NCBI GenBank assembly: GCA_964633875.1
Contig: CAZWKL010000005.1
Location: 12,412-76,411 of the forward strand
Length of the DNA: 64,000 nucleotides
From: an uncultured Pseudomonadales bacterium
GTDB taxonomy: Bacteria; Patescibacteriota; Microgenomatia; UBA1400; PJMF01
Direction of reading: 5' to 3'
A program made the position numbers and the translations under genes. The notes under the pieces were generated by a model. The model searched no databases. It had not been told where the DNA came from and saw only the letters and a program-made list of their open reading frames with translations. Below, in pieces: positions 58,352 through 64,000 of this stretch (its first letter is position 1; each line of letters starts with the position of its first letter).

Positions 58352-59038
58352 TTATTCTTGGGAAGATACCTGCCAATATCTGATCCAGGAAATTACCAAA
58401 ACGATAAACTGTAATAACAGGAGAACGGCCCAGATGGAGCCAATATAGACAGCATGCAAAAAGATGAAAATCATAATAATATAGGTAAGGCGGTGAATCA
58501 TGTGTCTCCAGTTACCCAGTAATTCAATAGCCAAGTCATTAGAAGTAATCCAGAGAGGAATGAGCAAAATCAAGGCCGTTAGTCCCCAAATTTGACCTTG
58601 CCAGATCTGTTCATACCAATAATGAAGCCCTTCCTGGATAACTGCAGGGAGAATAAAAATAAAAAGCAGATGAACAAACAAAAGCAAGAACATCAAAATG
58701 CCCATTCGCCTCCGAAAGATCACCAATAAATTGGCCAAAGGAACCGTGTACTCAGGTTTAACTTTCAGCCTTTTGAGAATGCCCGGAACCAAAGTCATTG
58801 AATACAAAAAAATCGCCGCCGAGCCGGCAAAATTGCCTATTTGCTCAATCGCTAGACGGTAGGTGTCATACTGTTGGATCAACAAGCTACTGCCCATCCA
58901 ACCCACCACAATCACGGTAATTTCCAAAAGTTGAAAAATTTTAATAAAGAAACCTTGCCAATCAATATCTACAGCGCGGATATTCGCTAACAGAGTACGC
59001 ACACCTTTTAGTATAACTAATACCAAACAATAGAACAA
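58352..59038 (-). CDS. ferric-reductase-like transmembrane heme-binding protein (MsrQ/YedZ-like)
   Basis: 6 TM segments with conserved His pairs (VIFRRRMGILMFLLLFVHLL; HRLTYIIMIFIFLHAVY). Confidence 0.4.
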   Translation of the reverse strand: MFYCLVLVILKGVRTLLANIRAVDIDWQGFFIKIFQLLEITVIVVGWMGSSLLIQQYDTYRLAIEQIGNFAGSAAIFLYSMTLVPGILKRLKVKPEYTVPLANLLVIFRRRMGILMFLLLFVHLLFIFILPAVIQEGLHYWYEQIWQGQIWGLTALILLIPLWITSNDLAIELLGNWRHMIHRLTYIIMIFIFLHAVYIGSIWAVLLLLQFIVLVISWIRYWQVSSQE

Positions 59039-59053
59039 ACAACAAACAAAAAG

Positions 59054-59128
59054 AGGCGCAGACGGGATTCGAACCCGTGAATCGAAGGTTTTGCAGACCT
59101 CGCCATTAGACCACTTTGGTACTGCGCC
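59054..59128 (-). tRNA. tRNA-Cys(GCA)
   Basis: Reverse complement: GGCGCAGTACCAAAGTGGTCTAATGGCGAGGTCTGCAAAACCTTCGATTCACGGGTTCGAATCCCGTCTGCGCCT. Anticodon loop CTGCAAA gives GCA. Discriminator U. Confidence 0.8.
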
Positions 59129-59203
59129 GGCGGTATCTAGTTATTATAACCGAAGAAAATCTGGCTCAAAAAGCAAAAAGCCAAATAGAACTTTTAATCT
59201 GGT

Positions 59204-59232
59204 TTGAGAAAAAAGACCTTCCTGTATATAAT
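59204..59232 (+). promoter_or_regulatory. sigma70-like promoter of tig (possibly leaderless)
   Basis: TTGAGA, 17 nt spacer, TATAAT. The ATG at 59241 lies about 8 nt after the -10 element. Confidence 0.45.
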
Positions 59233-59240
59233 GCACCCCT

Positions 59241-60233
59241 ATGGCGAAAACTCAATCATCAACAAAAACCAAAACTACAGTCAACGCTCCCAAGAAGAGC
59301 CCTATTATTGACAACACCGTCATCACCCTAACTTTGCCGGCAGCTGATACTGCCAAGGCATATAGACAAGCCCTCAACCGGTTGAAGAAAAATGTGGCTG
59401 CTCCAGGCTTTAGAAGAGGCGCTGTTCCTACCAAAATCGCCGAAGAAAAAATCGGCCCAAATGAAATCATTGAACATGCCCTGCAGCAACTGATTCCGGA
59501 CCTCTATCAAGCAGAAATCACTAAAAATAACTACCGCCCCTTGACTCAACCTGAATTTCATCCGGTCAAGCTAGAAAAAGGTAGTGACTGGGTGATTGAA
59601 GTTCATATTGCCCAAAAACCAGAGGTAAACCTTAAAAATTACCAAAATGTAGTTAAGAAAGCCAAAAAAGCTGCTGCCAAGCACCTCGAGGAGCAAATCA
59701 AAGAGACTAAAAAGGCTCATGCCAAAACTGTGGCATCAGTAACAAAAAAAGATCCGGAAGAGGGTAAAAAAGCGGCTGAAACGGCAAAAAATCTTACTGA
59801 GCCTAATGAAGAGCAGAAAAAAGAACACGAACTCAGCCATATTTACCAGGCTTTGGTCGAGGAAAATGGTCCACAAATTCCTGAGCTTTTAGTCAAAGAA
59901 GAAGTAAGATATGAGCTCAATAACTTAGTGGGCAAACTTGAGGGCATGAATATGAAACTTGAAGATTTTTTGCAACACCAAGGCATTACCTTCGAACAAC
60001 TTTCAGCCCAATTTGCGTCTGAAACACTGGGAAGAATTCAGCTCACTTTCCTTTTAGACGCGATTGCAGCAGAGGAAAAACTTGAGGTGACTGACCAGGA
60101 AATTGAAGAGCAACTCGATAAAATTGAGGACCAAAAGCTCCGAGCAGAGCAAAAGAATAATCCTCAGTACCGTGCTTTAATCGAGCAAACTCTCAAGCGT
60201 CGCAAGGTGGCAAATTTTGTTGCGTCTTTATAA
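59241..60233 (+). CDS. tig: trigger factor (short form; PPIase domain apparently absent)
   Basis: N-terminal ribosome-binding motif GFRRGAVPTKIAEEKIG (compare GFRKGKVP in E. coli TF). TF-like C-terminal arm. 330 aa versus about 430. Confidence 0.7.
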   Translation: MAKTQSSTKTKTTVNAPKKSPIIDNTVITLTLPAADTAKAYRQALNRLKKNVAAPGFRRGAVPTKIAEEKIGPNEIIEHALQQLIPDLYQAEITKNNYRPLTQPEFHPVKLEKGSDWVIEVHIAQKPEVNLKNYQNVVKKAKKAAAKHLEEQIKETKKAHAKTVASVTKKDPEEGKKAAETAKNLTEPNEEQKKEHELSHIYQALVEENGPQIPELLVKEEVRYELNNLVGKLEGMNMKLEDFLQHQGITFEQLSAQFASETLGRIQLTFLLDAIAAEEKLEVTDQEIEEQLDKIEDQKLRAEQKNNPQYRALIEQTLKRRKVANFVASL

Positions 60234-60268
60234 TCAGCGATCCAGCCAGAGAAATCCCTAACATAGCG

Positions 60269-60297
60269 TTGACATTTACGCCTGGTAATCCTATAAT
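60269..60297 (+). promoter_or_regulatory. sigma70-like promoter
   Basis: TTGACA, 17 nt spacer, TATAAT. Followed by the inverted repeat GCACA-CTGAA-TGTGC (60314-60328) before the ATG at 60337. Confidence 0.5.
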
Positions 60298-60336
60298 TGC
60301 GCAAATTAAACTTGCACACTGAATGTGCAGATTACC

Positions 60337-61005
60337 ATGAACAACAACGGACAGAAAAAATCACCAGGCACAAACGGCACTAGTCCTGCGAATAATCCAT
60401 TTGCCAGGGCCTTGGCTGAAACTGAAAAATCATCCTATAACAATCAGCAATCCGCAGGTGCAGCAAAGAAAAACCCCTTCAGCGAGGCCCTCGCCAAAAC
60501 CGGCGATGGACTGACTGATGACTATTTGTTTGACTCAGAATGGGAAGCCATCCAAAAGCAAAAGCTTAAGGAAGAGCAGCAGCGTGAAGCACTCAAACGC
60601 AAGCTGCATGACAGGGTTAATCCCGTTGACAACAAAGATCTTTTTGATGCCAGGGAAAAACAGGTCAAAAAAGAGATTGAAGAGTTGCGCAAAGAGCTTA
60701 AATTGCTCTCCAAAGAAGTGGCCGCTTTCGACCGAGATATTGAGCTTACCCTCATGACCGAAACAGTCGATCCGGGTGAAGGCAAATACTACATCAATTT
60801 CTTCCAAAAACTCAGGGCTTTTATTATGCTGCTGAGAAAACGAATTCACAGCGCCAGAACTTGGGCCACTCAAATGCAAACTAAGAAAAGAAAAAAGCGC
60901 GGCGCGGGCTTGATGAGTCTTGAAGGCAAAGGCGGTCACGAAAAAACCAAAACCATTTATGACATGATGCATCATGAGGTTAGCAATGCCAGGAGTGGAG
61001 GGTAA
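60337..61005 (+). CDS. hypothetical coiled-coil/low-complexity protein
   Basis: Charged coiled-coil segment (KQKLKEEQQREALKRKL...EIEELRKELKLLSKEVAAFD). Start moved to the first ATG after the promoter; the ORF track gives a GTG at 60325. Confidence 0.4.
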   Translation: MNNNGQKKSPGTNGTSPANNPFARALAETEKSSYNNQQSAGAAKKNPFSEALAKTGDGLTDDYLFDSEWEAIQKQKLKEEQQREALKRKLHDRVNPVDNKDLFDAREKQVKKEIEELRKELKLLSKEVAAFDRDIELTLMTETVDPGEGKYYINFFQKLRAFIMLLRKRIHSARTWATQMQTKKRKKRGAGLMSLEGKGGHEKTKTIYDMMHHEVSNARSGG

Positions 61006-61057
61006 TGTTTGGTAGACCAGCGCCTCAATTTCTTGCTATAATGCACTCCTCAAATAA

Positions 61058-61131
61058 GAACTCGTAGCTCAGTTGGTTAGTCCGCCTACGGCGGAGACAT
61101 CGAAGAGGGCGGGAGGTTGAAAATTAAATAA
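61058..61131 (+). pseudogene. degenerate 5' fragment copy of tRNA-Val(GAC) carrying a TCCGCC-TAC-GGCGGA hairpin ('decoy')
   Basis: 23 nt GAACTCGTAGCTCAGTTGGTTAG are identical to the tRNA-Val 5' end at 61132. The hairpin TCCGCCTACGGCGGA (61081-61095) follows, then the shared GACATCGAAGAGG, then divergence. An extended -10 TGcTATAAT (61034-61042) lies upstream. Confidence 0.7.
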
Positions 61132-61205
61132 GAACTCGTAGCTCAGTTGGTTAGAGCGCTTCGTTGACATCGAAGAGGTCAGAGGTTCGAGTCCTCTCGA
61201 GTTCA
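61132..61205 (+). tRNA. tRNA-Val(GAC)
   Basis: GAACTCGTAGCTCAGTTGGTTAGAGCGCTTCGTTGACATCGAAGAGGTCAGAGGTTCGAGTCCTCTCGAGTTCA. Anticodon loop TTGACAT gives GAC. Confidence 0.85.
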
Positions 61206-61550
61206 CCCTAGATCCGATTTTTCAACTGGTTCCAAACAAGTGACTACAAACTCGTGTCTGGTTCCCCTATCTTTAAAAGGCAGCTCTGCGTACTCAATTG
61301 TAAATGACTTTGCTTCTCTAAATTGCTCAAGTTTTTCCTTCAAACGACTCATCTGCCTATTAAAAAGCCAGCCCCCAGTAGCAACCACGCAGTTTAATTG
61401 GTCGCCTGGCTTCATCGCCTTACACAGCTCCAACAACCTAGGAAAGTTTATAGGCTCAGAGAATGTTAACTCAGCATTTTGCACTGGACCAATATCTTTA
61501 TTATGTTCATGCATTTTTCTCCTTCCTATTAAATTACCAAAATATATCAT
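61203..61550 (-). CDS. hypothetical protein (115 aa)
   Basis: ORF between tRNA-Val and infC with no confident motif. The start may be internal (MHEHNKD). Confidence 0.3.
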   Translation of the reverse strand: MIYFGNLIGRRKMHEHNKDIGPVQNAELTFSEPINFPRLLELCKAMKPGDQLNCVVATGGWLFNRQMSRLKEKLEQFREAKSFTIEYAELPFKDRGTRHEFVVTCLEPVEKSDLG

Positions 61551-61697
61551 AACATACTATTTTCTCCCTATTCCCCTCAAGTGAACTCTGATATAATAGT
61601 ATTTCTGAAAACGGCTATATCCGGCTTGGTCTACAGGGCAAAGTAGGGTATAATTCCATCCGTTCAGCGTATCAAAGAGAAAGGATAGTAGAAAAAA

Positions 61698-62231
61698 GTG
61701 GCACATAATCCATACAAAAGAAAAGATCGCATTGCTCACAATCAATTTATCAGGGCTGATGAGGTCAGGGTGATTGACGATAAAGGTGAGCAGGTCGGCG
61801 TCATGCCCACCAGAGAAGCTATCGCCAGAGCCAAAGAGCAGGATAAAGATTTAGTTTTGATCACCGGGCAAACGAATCCGCCGGTGGCCAAAATTATTGA
61901 ACTGGCCAAATACAAGTATCAGCTTCAGCAAAAAAATGCTGCCAGCCGGAAGAAAGCCAAGTCGCAAGATATTAAGGAAGTCCGTTTCACACCCTTTATG
62001 GGAGCAGGGGACTTTGAATCCAGGCTTAAAAAAGTCAAAAACTTTCTGGAAAAAGGTGACAAGGTCCGCCTCAGTCTGATGTTTAAAGGCAGGGCCATCA
62101 CCAAAAAAGAATTTGGATATGATATTTTTGCCAATGTTATTGAGGCGACCAAAGATATTGCCGCGGTGGAAATGGAGCCAAAATTGTTGGGCAAAAAGTT
62201 AATTGCTCAGCTGATGCCAGTCAAAAACTAA
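61698..62231 (+). CDS. infC: translation initiation factor IF-3
   Basis: IRADEVRVIDDKGEQVGVMPTREAIARAKEQDKDLVLI matches the IF3 N-domain. GTG start. Confidence 0.9.
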   Translation: MAHNPYKRKDRIAHNQFIRADEVRVIDDKGEQVGVMPTREAIARAKEQDKDLVLITGQTNPPVAKIIELAKYKYQLQQKNAASRKKAKSQDIKEVRFTPFMGAGDFESRLKKVKNFLEKGDKVRLSLMFKGRAITKKEFGYDIFANVIEATKDIAAVEMEPKLLGKKLIAQLMPVKN

Positions 62232-62253
62232 AGGCAATTAAAGACAAAGGAGA

Positions 62254-62460
62254 ATGATGAAAAAAATCAAACAGAAAACCAGAAAAGGGGTAACTCGCCG
62301 TTTTAAGATCACCAAAACCGGCAAAGTTTTACGGCGCTCACAAAACATGCGCCACCTTAGGCGCAAGAAAAGCAAAAAAGCCATCAGAAAATACCGCAAA
62401 CCGGTTGAAGTCACCGGTAAAATAGCCAAAAAAATTAAACAAATGGTCGGGCAAGCTTAA
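62254..62460 (+). CDS. rpmI: 50S ribosomal protein L35
   Basis: Basic 68 aa protein KIKQKTRKGVTRRFKITKTGKV. Conserved infC-rpmI-rplT order. Confidence 0.85.
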   Translation: MMKKIKQKTRKGVTRRFKITKTGKVLRRSQNMRHLRRKKSKKAIRKYRKPVEVTGKIAKKIKQMVGQA

Positions 62461-62533
62461 TTGCGCCAATAAAAATTAACAGACAGGATCACCTGTCGGC
62501 CCTCAGCGAATAGCACCGGGCGAGAAAGTCAAT

Positions 62534-62890
62534 ATGGCAAGGACAAAAACTGGCACCACCAGAAAAAAACGCCACAAGAAAATTTTAAAATTAGCCAAAG
62601 GCTATCGCGGCACCAACAGCCGCTTGTACAAACGCGCCAAAGAAGCTGTGCTTCACGCTGGCCAATACGCCTACGTCGGGAGGAAGCTCCGCAAACGCGA
62701 CTTTCGCAAACTCTGGATTGTCCGTATTAGCGCCGCGGTCAAAGAAGCTGATCCGAGCTACAATTATTCACGTTTCGTTCGCGATCTTAAAACTGCCAAT
62801 GTCGAGCTCAATAGAAAAATGCTCAGTGAGTTGGCTGTACATGATTTTCCGGCTTTCAAAACGGTGGTTGAGAAGATTAAAAGTAAATAA
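62534..62890 (+). CDS. rplT: 50S ribosomal protein L20
   Basis: MARTKTGTTRKKRHKKILKLAKGYRG. Confidence 0.9.
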   Translation: MARTKTGTTRKKRHKKILKLAKGYRGTNSRLYKRAKEAVLHAGQYAYVGRKLRKRDFRKLWIVRISAAVKEADPSYNYSRFVRDLKTANVELNRKMLSELAVHDFPAFKTVVEKIKSK

Positions 62891-62905
62891 AGTTTGGAAA
62901 TATGG

Positions 62906-62939
62906 GCCCCAGCTGGCAGCCGCCAGCTGGGGCTTTTTT
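62906..62939 (+). terminator. rho-independent terminator after rplT
   Basis: GCCCCAGCTGGC-AGCC-GCCAGCTGGGGC followed by TTTTTT. Confidence 0.8.
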
Positions 62940-62979
62940 AATAACTACCAATGGGTATGATATCTTTACCCAACCTAAG

Positions 62980-64000
62980 ATGAACAAAGTATTAATTTTA
63001 TTGCTCTCAACCATTATATTTTTGGCGCCCACCAACCTTTTTCTTAATTTAACTGAGCAATTTTCCTATGTCAGTGGCTTAAGAGTAGACTATTTAATCC
63101 CTAAACTTTACCTTTCACAAATTTTTGTCGCCGCTTTCGTGCTGCTCTCACTCCTCAAAGCCATCATCAACAAAAACCTCAACTTAGCCGCCATTCTTGC
63201 TTCACTACGCCGGCATCCTTTCCTGTCAAGTCTGCTTTTAATCTCCAGCGCGGTTATTGCCACCCACACCAGCTTACAAGCGCCTGTCGTCGGCTCCTGG
63301 CAACTGGGCAATTTGCTGCTAATTTGGACCTTGATGCTCAGCGCCGCCAGCCTACTAAAACCCAGCAAACAAAGAAAAGGAATTCCGACCGCTATTTACC
63401 TGGCGTTGACTGTGACCATTATTTTTCAATCCCTGGTGGGCATCTACCAATTCGTCCAACAAACCTCGGTTTATGGCTACAACCTGCTGGGCGAACCGAA
63501 TATTTCTAGTTACCTTAGTCTGGCCAAAACTACGCTGCAGGGCAGAGAACTGGTACTGCCTTACGGTACTACCGCTCATCCAAATCTGCTGGGTGGATTT
63601 TTGGCCATTTATCTGCTCACAATCTGGCTGGTCACTTTCTCTGCAAAAAACAACCCCGTTTGGAAATCCTTGCTGGCAATTTTAGCCAGCATTACCGGAA
63701 CCATTGCCCTGACGCTGACTTTTTCTGTTTCCGCTTGGCTGAGCCTCGGACTTGGCCTGGCTACTTTAGTGCTGAAGCGGCAGAAAATCTTGTTGAGTTT
63801 GGCAGCGGTGATTTTTATTGCCACCCCAATGATGGTTTATTTCTTCGCTGCCAATGGCCTAGCCTTGCCATTTATGGATCAAAATTCCATCCTGCGCCGC
63901 AGCTACCTCAACACCGCTGCTATTAGAATGGGCGGCTCAAACCCTCTGGCTGGAACAGGTCTGAATTCTTTTACCCGGTATGTGGAGCAGTACAGCCCGG
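62980..64000 (+). CDS. O-antigen ligase/polymerase-like (Wzy_C-type) membrane protein, 3' partial (runs off the window)
   Basis: I translated frame 1 from the ATG at 62980 by hand and found no stop through the window end. Multiple TM helices and a loop with YGTTAHPNLLGGFLAIY, typical of O-antigen ligase family proteins. It is absent from the ORF track because it has no stop in the window. Confidence 0.55.
   Translation, partial: MNKVLILLLSTIIFLAPTNLFLNLTEQFSYVSGLRVDYLIPKLYLSQIFVAAFVLLSLLKAIINKNLNLAAILASLRRHPFLSSLLLISSAVIATHTSLQAPVVGSWQLGNLLLIWTLMLSAASLLKPSKQRKGIPTAIYLALTVTIIFQSLVGIYQFVQQTSVYGYNLLGEPNISSYLSLAKTTLQGRELVLPYGTTAHPNLLGGFLAIYLLTIWLVTFSAKNNPVWKSLLAILASITGTIALTLTFSVSAWLSLGLGLATLVLKRQKILLSLAAVIFIATPMMVYFFAANGLALPFMDQNSILRRSYLNTAAIRMGGSNPLAGTGLNSFTRYVEQYSP

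Overview
This 64 kb window most likely comes from a small-genome Patescibacteria/CPR-type bacterium (my inference). It is densely packed with housekeeping genes, scattered tRNAs (Leu-CAG, Leu-GAG, Val-TAC, Phe-GAA, Leu-TAG on the minus strand, Ile-GAT, Cys-GCA on the minus strand, Val-GAC, and a partial tRNA at the left edge). The 16S rRNA gene is unlinked from any 23S gene and is split by two large introns, each encoding a LAGLIDADG homing endonuclease. RNase P RNA lies on the minus strand. Other blocks are:
- a glycolytic block (phosphohexomutase, PGI/PMI, a PEP-utilizing enzyme, enolase, iPGM; tpiA and gap elsewhere);
- an SOS/NER block (lexA, uvrB, uvrA, uvrC, uvrD);
- protein quality control (clpB, lon, tig);
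- tRNA modification (truB, mnmA, miaA, miaB);
- infC-rpmI-rplT.
The most unusual observation is a recurring hairpin, TCCGCC-N3/4-GGCGGA. In three places it sits inside a truncated 5' copy ('decoy') of a stable RNA gene, placed just upstream of the intact gene (tRNA-Phe, tRNA-Val-GAC, 16S rRNA). It also follows the putative rRNA promoter, where a boxA-like sequence comes next, and it recurs near the 3' end of 16S intron 1, in the 16S trailer and inside RNase P RNA.
A second noteworthy locus is a three-gene cassette: a 7TM membrane protein, a RimK-like ATP-grasp amidoligase, and a DUF1704/MATCAP-like HExxxH metallocarboxypeptidase. A secreted transglutaminase-like protein is encoded nearby. Together these suggest a C-terminal peptide tagging and de-tagging system.
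No CRISPR array, transposase or integrase was seen.
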